Assembly: GCA_012520575.1 (NCBI GenBank)
Contig: JAAYOB010000018.1
Location: forward strand, 1,505 to 65,504
DNA: 64,000 nucleotides
DNA from: Candidatus Stramentimicrobium fermentans
GTDB lineage: Bacteria > Atribacterota > Phoenicimicrobiia > Phoenicimicrobiales > Stramentimicrobiaceae
Direction: 5' to 3'
Part shown: positions 40,971 to 50,959 of the stretch, piece by piece
Position numbering within the stretch: the stretch's first letter is position 1
Layout: the number at the start of each line of letters is the position of its first letter
Position numbers and translations under genes: made by a program
Notes under the pieces: generated by a model
Databases searched by the model: none
What the model was told of the DNA's origin: nothing
What the model saw: the letters and a program-made list of their open reading frames with translations, nothing else

Positions 40971-41324
40971 CTATATAACTGTACCCAGATTATCAATTTA
41001 TTAATCTTTAGTTAATCAATAATTCCTATACTGTTATTTGCTATCATATAGAAATATGCGCTTGACTGTCAAATATTTCCCCAATAATTCGTATTAAGGA
41101 CAATATTATGTGGTATATTTAAGCCACTATCCTTTCACATATCAGAAATGGCTAACGTATACTAAGAAAAAATTAACCGTAATAGTAGACCGTGCACTCA
41201 TTATTTGTTAAAATCAACTAAGAATTATAAATATTATACTTTTTATTCACCAAGGTTGGTTAGCATTGTCTTGATAATGATTGAGAATCTATCTTGGATT
41301 GAGGCAAGGTAAGAAAGAGCTTAA

Positions 41325-41885
41325 ATGACTTCTTTTTCTATGGTGCTTTTAGCTTTGGGATTAGCTATGGATGCCTTTGCTGTTTCTATCACCGGAGGCA
41401 TGGTGACCAGTTCTATTAATATCCTTTTTGCTCTGAAGATTGCCCTGTTCTTTGCCGGTTTCCAGATGATTATGCCCTGGCTGGGCTGGTGGTTTGGGAG
41501 AAACATAGCTCCTTATTTGGAATGTTGTAATTATTGGATAGCTTCTTTACTCCTCTTCTTAATAGGGTTTAAGATGGTCTATGAGTCATTTCAATACAAA
41601 GAAAATAAACAGTGCTTAAACTTTAAAAGTATATCAGTGTTATTTCTTTTAGCTATTGCCACCAGTATGGATGCCTTTGCCGCGGGGGTGAGTCTCTCTT
41701 TCTTGGGGCCGGACATTGTAAAGGCACTATGGATTATAGGAACTACTACTCTCTTGTTATCTTTACTGGGGGTTAGCATAGGTAAGATGTTGGGTCATGT
41801 TTTAAAAAGGTATGCTGAGCTAGCCGGTGGTGTGATCTTAATATTAATTGGCTTACAGGTTTTAGTAGGTCACCTGGGAGGTTAA
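41325..41885 (+). CDS. mntP: Manganese efflux pump MntP
   Basis: LALGLAMDAFAVS motif repeated in the second half (ATSMDAFAAGVS), the typical MntP internal repeat. Confidence 0.8.
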   Translation: MTSFSMVLLALGLAMDAFAVSITGGMVTSSINILFALKIALFFAGFQMIMPWLGWWFGRNIAPYLECCNYWIASLLLFLIGFKMVYESFQYKENKQCLNFKSISVLFLLAIATSMDAFAAGVSLSFLGPDIVKALWIIGTTTLLLSLLGVSIGKMLGHVLKRYAELAGGVILILIGLQVLVGHLGG

Positions 41886-41886
41886 A

Positions 41887-43026
41887 ATGCATAATAGGAC
41901 CAAATATTTTTTTCCTAATTTAATAATTCTTTTGGCAATAACTGTATTCCTTGGCGGATGCACCTTCTTCCCCACTTGTTCACTTGATATAACTAGCAAT
42001 CCTTCCGGTGCCCAAATATTTCTTAATGGTAATTACACCGGAGAAGTTACTCCCGCTCTGATTGAAAACATTTTTCCGGGTACTTATGATATTTTGCTGA
42101 CCCTGGATAATCCGCCTATGACCGGTTCCGAAACAGTGGTTATTGACTCCGGCCAGACTCTTAACTTAGCAATGGAATTAGCCCCTAAGGTAACATACCG
42201 TGCTCTATTAATAGGGATTGACAAATATAAACACCACCCTTTAATTTTTAATTTAATAGCCCCTCCCTATGATGTCTTCAGAGTAAGTCAAGTTTTAGAG
42301 CATGCTCGGTTTGGTGAAAATAAAACCACCTTTTCAGTTGTCAATACTTTGACTGGAGAAGAGGCTACTTATTTTAATATTATGCAGGGAATTACCTCTA
42401 CCTTCCGAGATGCTAATAATAATGATATATCTTATTTTTATTATTCCGGACACGGCTTAAATGAGGGCGGCACAGTAGCTATTTCGTCCTATGATGCGAC
42501 ACTCGAATATGGCAGTTTTAATGGGTGGATTACAGTCGATGAGTTGGCTGCTAAGTTGGCAAGCATTCCCGGAACAAAGGTAGTTATTCTCGATTCCTGT
42601 CATTCCGGTGGTTTTATCGGCAAGGATTTATCTTTAAGAGAAGTAATGGATAAGGTAAGATTGCAATCGATAAACACAAGTATCTTAGATTCCTTTAGTG
42701 CCTATGATGTTATCAGGGAGAAAGGAAACCTTGCCTCAAGTGGATTCAGGGTAATTGTGTCTGCTACAAGTAAACAGGAGTGTTTTGAGACCTCCAGACC
42801 CCATCCCGTTGATGGAAATCCCTATGGCTATTTTACCATGGCTTTATGTGAAGGGTGCGGATATAATAGTTTCCGCTTCCCATACCCTGCAGATCAGAAT
42901 CAGAATCAACGGATAGCCTTAAGTGAAATGTATCAATATATTTATCAACATCCTTTTTTAGCACACTTAGATCAGGATGCACAGGTCTATCCCCAAAATT
43001 CTAATCTTTCTTTTTTAGAATATTAA
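41887..43026 (+). CDS. Lipoprotein with N-terminal PEGA domain fused to a caspase-like (peptidase C14) domain
   Basis: Lipobox LGGC; PEGA motif (SNPSGAQIFLNGNYTGEVTP...PGTYDILL); catalytic His in YYSGHG and Cys in ILDSCHSGG. Confidence 0.7.
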   Translation: MHNRTKYFFPNLIILLAITVFLGGCTFFPTCSLDITSNPSGAQIFLNGNYTGEVTPALIENIFPGTYDILLTLDNPPMTGSETVVIDSGQTLNLAMELAPKVTYRALLIGIDKYKHHPLIFNLIAPPYDVFRVSQVLEHARFGENKTTFSVVNTLTGEEATYFNIMQGITSTFRDANNNDISYFYYSGHGLNEGGTVAISSYDATLEYGSFNGWITVDELAAKLASIPGTKVVILDSCHSGGFIGKDLSLREVMDKVRLQSINTSILDSFSAYDVIREKGNLASSGFRVIVSATSKQECFETSRPHPVDGNPYGYFTMALCEGCGYNSFRFPYPADQNQNQRIALSEMYQYIYQHPFLAHLDQDAQVYPQNSNLSFLEY

Positions 43027-43150
43027 TAAGAATTCCTTTTAACAGAATAGAAAACGTATTTAAGAATCAGGTTTCAACTATTATAATATCTCTGAAAATC
43101 TATTTAATTTGAAATAAACCCAATTCACTATTAAAAAAGCTACTCAAAAA

Positions 43151-43194
43151 ATAAGCAAGGACCACTCGTTTTAAAAGAATCCTTGCTTATTTTA
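43151..43194. terminator. Bidirectional terminator hairpin (ataagcaagga...tccttgcttat) with flanking A/T runs
   Basis: 11-bp stem, T-run on both strands. Lies between the caspase-like gene and a minus-strand ORF remnant ending at 43203. Confidence 0.5.
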
Positions 43195-43410
43195 ATCTAC
43201 TCAACTTTCTTCTTTTCGCTCAGTTGTTTTCATGGCATCAATCAGCTCGATAGCTTCATCACGGGTTATATTTCCTTATTTGAGCATATCCAAACTTTTT
43301 AAATATTATATAGAATACTAATATAGTTAAGTTTTACATTTTTCAGGATTTGTTAAATTATTGGAAAGAAAGTATGATATAGGATAGAAACAGAAAGAAA
43401 GGGAAAGATA

Positions 43411-44271
43411 TTGAGATTAGGATGCCATGTCTCTATTGCGGGAGGTATTGAACAGTCAATTTCCCGGGCGAAAGCCCTTGAAATTAATACCATGCAGATT
43501 TTTTCTAAAAACTCTCGCGCCTGGCAGGAAAAGACTTATACCAATTCGGAAATAATAGAATTTCAGAGAAAATTACAGAAATCAACCCTTTCACCGATTT
43601 TTATCCATGCTTCTTATCTTATCAATCTTGCCTCACCGGATGAAGAGATATATACCAAGTCTATAGCTGCCTTCCGGGAAGAACTGAAAAGAGGGGGCGA
43701 TTTGTTAGTCAATTTAAGTCAGCCTTATCTTATCATTCATCCGGGTGCCCATCGCGGTGCCGGGGAAGAGTTTGGCTTAAATAGAATAATCAAAGCTCTA
43801 AGAAATGTTTTAAAACAAAGTTCATATTTGAAACTATCTACTATGGTCTTATTAGAAAATACTTCCGGTATGGGGAGCGGCTTAGGTCATTCCTTCAGTC
43901 AGTTAAAATATATTATGGAGCAGATAGATTATCCGGACAAGGTAGGAGTATGTTTTGATACCTGTCATGCTTTTGCTGCCGGGTACAATCTGGCAGAAGA
44001 GCAAGGGATAGAGGAGACCATTGCCCAGTTTGATAGAGAAATCGGTTTAGATAAATTAAAGGTTATTCACCTAAATGACTCAAAATATGGCTTAGGTTCT
44101 AAACGAGACAGACATACCCATATCGGAGAAGGATTTATCGGTACAAATGGTTTCAGACTTTTGATAAATCACCCTCAGCTTAAGGATCTGCCCTTTATCC
44201 TGGAAACCCCTAAAAAGAATGATAAAGATGACCGGAGAAATATTGAATTGGTGAGAAGTTTGAGGGAATAG
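43411..44271 (+). CDS. nfo: Endonuclease IV (AP endonuclease family 2)
   Basis: LGCHVSIAGG N-terminus, HASYLINL and HLNDSK metal-binding motifs; TTG start. Confidence 0.85.
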   Translation: MRLGCHVSIAGGIEQSISRAKALEINTMQIFSKNSRAWQEKTYTNSEIIEFQRKLQKSTLSPIFIHASYLINLASPDEEIYTKSIAAFREELKRGGDLLVNLSQPYLIIHPGAHRGAGEEFGLNRIIKALRNVLKQSSYLKLSTMVLLENTSGMGSGLGHSFSQLKYIMEQIDYPDKVGVCFDTCHAFAAGYNLAEEQGIEETIAQFDREIGLDKLKVIHLNDSKYGLGSKRDRHTHIGEGFIGTNGFRLLINHPQLKDLPFILETPKKNDKDDRRNIELVRSLRE

Positions 44272-44414
44272 ACCGATAGAACCGGTTAAAGCAACGGCTA
44301 AGGCTTGTTAAGATTCACTTTCTAACTCAGGTTTGTTATAATAAGGCGGTTAAGTGCTTTAATCTTAATATGATAGGTAGGCTTGCATGTTATTGCAGGT
44401 AGGTTAATTTAGAT

Positions 44415-44502
44415 TGGTGCCGAAGGGGGGATTTGAACCCCCACAGGTGTGAAACCTACTACGCCCTGAACGTAGCGCGTCTGCCGATTCCGCCACTTCG
44501 GC
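44415..44502 (-). tRNA. tRNA-Leu (anticodon CAG), type II with long variable arm, CCA encoded
   Basis: Minus-strand sequence GCCGAAGTGGCGGAATCGGCAGACGCGCTACGTTCAGGGCGTAGTAGGTTTCACACCTGTGGGGGTTCAAATCCCCCCTTCGGCACCA folds into a cloverleaf with anticodon loop TTCAGGG. Confidence 0.85.
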
Positions 44503-44704
44503 TGCATAACTATAATAATAGACAATTCAAGGTAAATGAATTAGCATATAGATTATTTTCTAACACATTATAGCATAGATAAAATTAGGTATCTTGTCAA
44601 GAAAATTACCTCATTGAGGCAGATAGATTAGTAAGACATTTTATAGGAGAGACAGCGCAAAAACAAAAATAATAAAATAATGAGGATTGTTAAGGAGTAG
44701 AGTT

Positions 44705-45703
44705 TTGAATAGTGAGAAAAGAATTATCGATTTAAATTTGGGGGATAAGGTCAATAGGATTTTTTATATAAAAGAAACAGAATTTAGACTGCGCAGAGAT
44801 GGCAGGACTATCGATGGGTTTTTAAAAATTTCTGATGGTACCGGTGAAATTGAGGCAATCTACTGGGATATGCCTCCCAGTAAGGTAAAACAACTGGAAA
44901 AGATGCAGTTTGCTCAGATTGATGGACAAGCAAGCAGGAAGAGAAAAGACGGAGAGCTGCAAATAAACATAAAATCCATAACGGAAGGCCAGAAATCATT
45001 ATTACAATTAGAGGATTTTATACCCTCTACCCCATTTGATATTGCAGAACTGATGGAGAAAATTGATGGCAAGATTAGCTCCATAAAGAATCAGTATTTA
45101 AGAAGCCTTTTACTCTCTTTTTTTCAAGATCCGATTTTAAGGGGAATATTCAGGATAGCACCGGCAGCTAAAAAATTGCATCAGGCCTACCAGGGCGGTT
45201 TAGCTGAGCACACCCTCAATGTAGCTGAAATATGTGAAAAAATCTGTGAGCTTTATCCCCAGATTAATCGCGATTTTCTGATTAGTACGGCACTGCTCCA
45301 TGATATAGGTAAGCTGGAAGAATATCAGTTTGAGGGTGTAATTGAGTATACCGATAAGGGGAAACTGATAGGGCATGTTGTAATGGGTGCAGAAATGGTT
45401 GATGCGAAGATTAAGATGATTAAAGGTTTTCCGGAAGACCTGGCTATTATGTTTAAACACACTATCTTGAGCCATCATGGAAAACTTGAATTTGGTTCAC
45501 CAAAACTACCCAGTATCTTGCCGGCGGTAGCCCTTTACTATGCCGATGATACCGATGCCAAACTAAATGGATTGATTGGATTGAAAGAACAGAATAAGAA
45601 TATAGATAAAAAATGGAGCGAATGGGTCTGGTGGTTAGAACGCTCTTTTTATCTGGCGGAGCAGGACATTTTAGACCCTAACAGAGAGGAATTAACAGAT
45701 TAA
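44705..45703 (+). CDS. YhaM-like 3'-5' exoribonuclease (OB-fold plus HD-domain phosphohydrolase)
   Basis: N-terminal OB-fold region, HD motif in ALLHDIGK. AAGGAG RBS supports the TTG at 44705. Confidence 0.65.
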   Translation: MNSEKRIIDLNLGDKVNRIFYIKETEFRLRRDGRTIDGFLKISDGTGEIEAIYWDMPPSKVKQLEKMQFAQIDGQASRKRKDGELQINIKSITEGQKSLLQLEDFIPSTPFDIAELMEKIDGKISSIKNQYLRSLLLSFFQDPILRGIFRIAPAAKKLHQAYQGGLAEHTLNVAEICEKICELYPQINRDFLISTALLHDIGKLEEYQFEGVIEYTDKGKLIGHVVMGAEMVDAKIKMIKGFPEDLAIMFKHTILSHHGKLEFGSPKLPSILPAVALYYADDTDAKLNGLIGLKEQNKNIDKKWSEWVWWLERSFYLAEQDILDPNREELTD

Positions 45704-45803
45704 TAGTAAAAACAAGAGTACACATTTTAGCCACTAAAAAATTAACATAATATTAATATAATGCAACTATAATTTATAATGCACAGGCAAACGGAGGAAG
45801 ATT

Positions 45804-47174
45804 ATGCAGAATAGATTAACAGATGTTCTTTCCGGACAAAAAGCGGATTATTTAGAAGTAAGGTTAGAGGAATTTGAGGCAAACAATGTTCGTTTTCAAG
45901 GAAAGGATTTAGAAAGGATAAGCAGTGCCCAGGAAAAAGGGGGCAATGTCAGAGCACTGGTCAAAGGACGCTGGGGGTTTGTTACCTTTAATCGTTGGGA
46001 AGAATTAGAAGAAAAGATTAAACAGGCTATAGAGATTGCCACACTTATTGGGGATGGAGAGCAAGTCAGTACTTTAGCCCCTGCTGAACCGGTAATAGAA
46101 GAGCTAACAGCGGGGAACGTGAGAGATTTCAGGCAAATTAGTTTGAAAGAAAAAGCTGAAACAATGAAAAACTACAGCAATATCATAGTCAACTTCAGTC
46201 CGAAAATCCAATCATCGATTGCCAATTATGCTGATCGTTATACCATTACCCATTTTGCCAACTCAGAAGGAACCTATATCAAAAAAGAAAGTCCTTACCT
46301 TAGCATTCATCTTACGGCAATTGCCCGTGACAGTGATGATGTGCAGATGGCCAATGAAAGCATAGGCAGTAATAAAGGATATGAAAATGCAGAGCGGCTC
46401 TCTTCATTAGCCCAGAAGGCGGCACAAAGGGCAGTAAATCTATTGCAAGCCAAAAATACTCCCGGCGGTCAATATACTGTAATCCTGGACCCAATTCTGG
46501 CAGGAGTTTTTATCCATGAGGCCTTCGGGCACTTGAGTGAAGCTGATTTTTTATATGAAGATACCAGAATACAGAAGTTGATGACTTTGGGTAAAAAAGT
46601 GGCATCAGAAGAGCTTAATGTAGTGGATGACGGTTCCTTGCCGGGATTATTAGGGTCTTCTAGATACGATGATGAAGGAGTTCCTACCCGGAAAAATTAT
46701 TTAATCAAAAAAGGTGTTTTAACAGGAAGGCTTCATTCCCGAGAGACAGCTGCTAAGATGGGAGAGCCGATTACCGGGAATGCCAGAGCTATAAACTACC
46801 ATTTTAAGCCTATAGTGCGGATGACCAATACCTATATAGAGAGGGGGAAAACTCCCTACAAGAAATTATTTGACGGGATTAAAAAAGGAATTTATGCTCG
46901 TCATTTCTATGGCGGAAATACTACCTTTGAAATGTTTACTTTCAGTGCCGGAGAAGGCTATCTCATCGAAAATGGCCGTGTCACCGAACCGCTCAGAAAT
47001 ATAACCTTGAGCGGAAATTTATTTGAAACACTGCACCATATTGAAGGAATTGCCAATGACCTCAGTATCATTGAATCGGGAGGAGGCTGCGGCAAAGGCG
47101 GACAGAGCCCTTTACCGGTAACTTTTGGCAGCCCACACATTCGTATAAGTAATGTAGTGGTAGGAGGGAGATAA
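45804..47174 (+). CDS. tldD: TldD-family metalloprotease
   Basis: 456 aa; HEAFGH (HExxxH) motif and GxC...GGG C-terminal region typical of TldD. Confidence 0.8.
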   Translation: MQNRLTDVLSGQKADYLEVRLEEFEANNVRFQGKDLERISSAQEKGGNVRALVKGRWGFVTFNRWEELEEKIKQAIEIATLIGDGEQVSTLAPAEPVIEELTAGNVRDFRQISLKEKAETMKNYSNIIVNFSPKIQSSIANYADRYTITHFANSEGTYIKKESPYLSIHLTAIARDSDDVQMANESIGSNKGYENAERLSSLAQKAAQRAVNLLQAKNTPGGQYTVILDPILAGVFIHEAFGHLSEADFLYEDTRIQKLMTLGKKVASEELNVVDDGSLPGLLGSSRYDDEGVPTRKNYLIKKGVLTGRLHSRETAAKMGEPITGNARAINYHFKPIVRMTNTYIERGKTPYKKLFDGIKKGIYARHFYGGNTTFEMFTFSAGEGYLIENGRVTEPLRNITLSGNLFETLHHIEGIANDLSIIESGGGCGKGGQSPLPVTFGSPHIRISNVVVGGR

Positions 47175-47179
47175 TTAGT

Positions 47180-48493
47180 ATGAAACATTTAATGAAGAGA
47201 CTAAAGGATAAGGTTTCCTCAGCGGAACTCTATAAAATGAATTATAAATCAACGCCGATTGAATATGAGATGAACAGGCTAAAGACGATAAGCACTGAAG
47301 AGTCAGAGGGGTGGGCTCTAAGGGTTATTATTAATGGTAAGGTAGGTTTTTCTTCGGCAACTTCAGAAAGTCAGTTTGATGCTATGGCAGAAAAGGCAAT
47401 AGAGATTGCTCAATTTGGACAGCCTGCTATCTTTGATTTTCCCAAGCAGCTTGATAGGAAATTAGAGGACACTATAAAATTGTATGACCCCTCCATTCCC
47501 GTAAAAAGTACTGCTCAGATGATCGAAGAAGGTAATAGTATTGTTGCTAAAATTCAATCTTATAATCCTGATTTACGTTGCGATGTTGACATTACCAAAT
47601 TGGAGGGAGAAGTAGGGTACCGCAATACCTATTGCAATCCATTTAACTATCAAAAAACTTTTTTTAAACGATCTATCATGATTCAAGATACACAGGAAGA
47701 TGATATGATGATGTTGTTGGAGGCGCAGGGATGGGGTCAGGACAACCTCTCCTTTGAGGCTCTATGGGAAAAAATAGAGCAGAAATTGGAGTGGGGCAAG
47801 AAGATAGTTGAAGTCTCTGATGACTATCTGCCGGTAATTTTTACTCCTAAGGCGCTATTAGTCTTAATACTTCCTCTTATTGCGGGACTGAATGGTAAGA
47901 TGGTCAATAAAAAGATTTCACCGTTGCAAGATAAACTGGGACAAATTCTCTTTAATCCCCTGCTTTCTATTTACAGTGATGGAACGATTGATTATGCTGG
48001 CGGCAGCGGACCATATGATGATGAAGGTATAGTTATGAGGCGGCTGCCATTGGTAGAGAAGGGAGTATTAAAGAATTATTATTATGATTTAGAAAATGCC
48101 GCAGAAGCAAAAGTAGAGCCTACCGGGAACGGGAACAGGCCAGGTTTTCACACCTCTCCTTCCCCGGGGATAAATAATCTCATTATTCCGGAAGGAGAAT
48201 CTTCCTTTAGCGATATGGTTAAGGACATTAAATCAGGCATTATAGTAGACCAAGTTTTGGGATTAGGTCAGGGCAATGTCTTGAGCGGGGCTTTTTCTAA
48301 TAATGTACAGCTGGGCTATAAGATAAAGGAAGGCAAAATTGTCGGCAGAATTAAGAATGTAATGATTGCCGGTAATGCCATAGAGGTTCTGAAAGATATT
48401 GTTGCTGTGGGCAATGAAACGGAATGGATATCAGGAAGGTATTGTTTCCCGCACCTCTATCTGAAATCAATCTCGGTTTCTACTAAAAAATAA
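47180..48493 (+). CDS. pmbA: TldE/PmbA-family protein (partner of TldD)
   Basis: 437 aa paralog lacking HExxxH, immediately downstream of tldD. Confidence 0.75.
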   Translation: MKHLMKRLKDKVSSAELYKMNYKSTPIEYEMNRLKTISTEESEGWALRVIINGKVGFSSATSESQFDAMAEKAIEIAQFGQPAIFDFPKQLDRKLEDTIKLYDPSIPVKSTAQMIEEGNSIVAKIQSYNPDLRCDVDITKLEGEVGYRNTYCNPFNYQKTFFKRSIMIQDTQEDDMMMLLEAQGWGQDNLSFEALWEKIEQKLEWGKKIVEVSDDYLPVIFTPKALLVLILPLIAGLNGKMVNKKISPLQDKLGQILFNPLLSIYSDGTIDYAGGSGPYDDEGIVMRRLPLVEKGVLKNYYYDLENAAEAKVEPTGNGNRPGFHTSPSPGINNLIIPEGESSFSDMVKDIKSGIIVDQVLGLGQGNVLSGAFSNNVQLGYKIKEGKIVGRIKNVMIAGNAIEVLKDIVAVGNETEWISGRYCFPHLYLKSISVSTKK

Positions 48494-48631
48494 AAACTTA
48501 TTTCTAATAAATATAATAACTTTTATGTTTTTTAGTTGAGATTCAGAATATAGATAAGAATATTTTGACTATTATCAGTATAAAAATAAGTCTTAAAAAT
48601 TTAAAATATATTGGCAGGAAAAATAAAAATG

Positions 48632-49273
48632 TTGAAATTATTAATTATGAGACACGCAGAGAGTTCGAGTAATGTGGAAAACCTTTTTTCAGGTCATCAG
48701 GATGTAGGATTAACCAAAAAAGGAATCTGGCAGGCAGAGCAGTTGGCAGAACGTTTAGCAGAAACTAAGATTGATGTCATATATTCCAGTGACCTAAAAA
48801 GAGCCATAAGTACAGCTAATATTATAAACAAAAAACACCAATTGACTTTAAATGTAGAGACCCTCTTTAAAGAAATCCATTTTGGTGACTGGGAAGGAAT
48901 GTGCTATGAGGAAGTTTATGCCTATAGTGATTATGAAAATTATCGAAACTGGTGGAGACAACCGCATATAGCCCTCCCCGGTGGAGAGAGTATCGCCGAA
49001 GTAAATCAAAGAGTTACCAAAGGTTTAAAAAAACTTATTACTAACCATTACAATAGTGATGGACAGGACAAAACAGTGGCAATTGTCTGCCATGGTGGAG
49101 TTGCTAAGATTATGATTGGCATTGCACTCGATATTCCACTGGAGAGAATCTGGTATATCAGTCAGTATTCTACTGCGCTAAATATCATTCTTTATGAAAA
49201 TCAGGATAACTACTACGTTAAAAAAGTCAATGATACCAGCCATCTTGACGGAAAGGTAATGGTTGTTGATTAA
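48632..49273 (+). CDS. cobC: Histidine-phosphatase family enzyme, probable alpha-ribazole phosphatase
   Basis: LIMRHAES phosphohistidine motif; located directly upstream of cobT. Confidence 0.65.
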   Translation: MKLLIMRHAESSSNVENLFSGHQDVGLTKKGIWQAEQLAERLAETKIDVIYSSDLKRAISTANIINKKHQLTLNVETLFKEIHFGDWEGMCYEEVYAYSDYENYRNWWRQPHIALPGGESIAEVNQRVTKGLKKLITNHYNSDGQDKTVAIVCHGGVAKIMIGIALDIPLERIWYISQYSTALNIILYENQDNYYVKKVNDTSHLDGKVMVVD

Positions 49274-50353
49274 TTGGGCGAAACCGCTATCTATAATATC
49301 ATGAAACAAATTCGACCGATTGACGATGTGGTCCAAAAGGATGTCTTGGCCCGTTTTGATGAGCTTGCGAAACCGCAAAATAGCTTGGGCAGATTAGAAA
49401 AATTAGTAGCGCAGGCTGCCGGCATTTATGGCAAACATAGTCCAACTATCGAGAGAAAGATTATTTTTCTGATGGCGGCTGACCATGGCATAACACAGGA
49501 ACAGGTCAGCCCCCATCCTTCCGATATTACCCGTCAAATGGTCCTGAATTTTTTAAACGGCAGGGCAGCTATCAATGTCTTGGCTCGCCACTTTAACACC
49601 GAGATAGTAATAACCGATATGGGTGTAAAGGGTGATCTTTCTCAATTATTGGGTATTTTTAATAAGAAAATTGCCCAAGGGACAGGAAATATAGCAAAAG
49701 AGGCGGCTATGAGCCGTGAAATGGCAGAAAGGTCGATTAAGATAGGCAGAGAGGTTTTTGAAGAAGTATTTGCCCAGCGGCAGATTGACCTCATCGGATT
49801 AGGGGAAATGGGTATCGGTAACACCTCTGCCAGTAGTGCCATTATCAGCTTACTGACCGGCGCCGAAGTAGAAGAGGTAGTAGATAGCGGCAGCGGGCTT
49901 ACCCCGGATGGAATCAAACACAAAATAACCGTGATTAAGCAGGCTATTTCTTTACATAAACCTGATATTAATGACCCTATTGATATACTGTCTAAGGTGG
50001 GAGGATTTGAGATTGGCGGACTGATTGGGTGCATCTTTGCTGCCGCTCAAAGGAAAATCCCTATAGTAATGGATGGTTTAATATCAGGAGCCTGTGCCTT
50101 ACTGGCGATAAAATTAAATAGGGTAATAAAAGATTATCTCTTTACCAGCCACTGTTCTCGGGAAAAGGGGCATAAAGTTGTACTCGATTATCTGGGCATG
50201 ACCCCGATTTTTGATTTAGAAATGTGTTTAGGTGAGGGAACCGGAGCAGTTTTTGGAATGAATTTTCTGGAGGCAGGTTTTAAACTGTTAAATCAGATGG
50301 CAACCTTTACTGATTTAAAAAAGATAAACCAATCTATGAGAAATAATAACTAG
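49274..50353 (+). CDS. cobT: Nicotinate-nucleotide--dimethylbenzimidazole phosphoribosyltransferase
   Basis: 359 aa; GEMGIGNT motif. Start may be the downstream ATG at 49301. Confidence 0.8.
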   Translation: MGETAIYNIMKQIRPIDDVVQKDVLARFDELAKPQNSLGRLEKLVAQAAGIYGKHSPTIERKIIFLMAADHGITQEQVSPHPSDITRQMVLNFLNGRAAINVLARHFNTEIVITDMGVKGDLSQLLGIFNKKIAQGTGNIAKEAAMSREMAERSIKIGREVFEEVFAQRQIDLIGLGEMGIGNTSASSAIISLLTGAEVEEVVDSGSGLTPDGIKHKITVIKQAISLHKPDINDPIDILSKVGGFEIGGLIGCIFAAAQRKIPIVMDGLISGACALLAIKLNRVIKDYLFTSHCSREKGHKVVLDYLGMTPIFDLEMCLGEGTGAVFGMNFLEAGFKLLNQMATFTDLKKINQSMRNNN

Positions 50354-50392
50354 AGCCCTCTTTTTTATAGATGATAACCTTAGGCTTAAAAG

Positions 50393-50959
50393 ATGAAACA
50401 AGGAAGACCAAAACTAATTCTGATTACCGGCGGGGTACGTAGCGGTAAGAGCTCTTTTGCCGAAGCATTGGCTCAAGAAATAGGCAGCAAGATTGCCTAT
50501 ATTGCCACTGGACAGGCCCTAGATAAAGAGATGACCGAAAGAATATCAAAACATCGCCGGAGGAGACCACAAGACTGGCAAACATATGAAGAGCCCGAAC
50601 AGGTGGAGAAGGTTATTCCGGAAATTGGTGATACTGCAGAAGTAATTATTCTCGATTGCCTCAATTTCCTGGTGGCTAACCTTATCTCTGATTATAAAGA
50701 AGAGGAGCCAAAAGAACCTTTAATTTCCAAGATCAGATATAAGATTGATACCCTTGCTAGCGAAGCCCTGAAAAGTCCAGCGACTATCATTGTAGTATCT
50801 AACGAAGTAGGCTCCAGCTTAGTACCGGTTAATCCAACCGGGCGTTTTTTTCAAGAGCAATTAGGTCAAGCCAACCAAGTAATTGCCTTCCATGCTGAAC
50901 TGGTGTATCTTATGGTGGCAGGTATACCTCTTTTGATAAAGGGAGTTCGCGATGAATAA
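50393..50959 (+). CDS. cobU: Adenosylcobinamide kinase / adenosylcobinamide-phosphate guanylyltransferase
   Basis: P-loop LITGGVRSGKSSFAE, 188 aa. Confidence 0.8.
   Translation: MKQGRPKLILITGGVRSGKSSFAEALAQEIGSKIAYIATGQALDKEMTERISKHRRRRPQDWQTYEEPEQVEKVIPEIGDTAEVIILDCLNFLVANLISDYKEEEPKEPLISKIRYKIDTLASEALKSPATIIVVSNEVGSSLVPVNPTGRFFQEQLGQANQVIAFHAELVYLMVAGIPLLIKGVRDE

Noticed and set aside
41100-41324. yybP-ykoY (Mn2+) riboswitch upstream of mntP
   Set aside because: Expected conserved GGAGAGUAG/GGGGAGUAG and loop motifs are not visible. Left as a finding to test with a covariance model, not called as a feature.
48494-48631. Cobalamin riboswitch upstream of cobC
   Set aside because: Spacer is only about 118-138 nt, too short for the ~200-nt element, and no B12-box-like sequence was seen.
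49642-50034. 130-aa minus-strand ORF inside cobT, and similar antisense ORFs at 52575-53021, 50861-51325, 35616-35930 and 39985-40296
   Set aside because: All lie antisense within genes with strong motif support. Treated as frame shadows.
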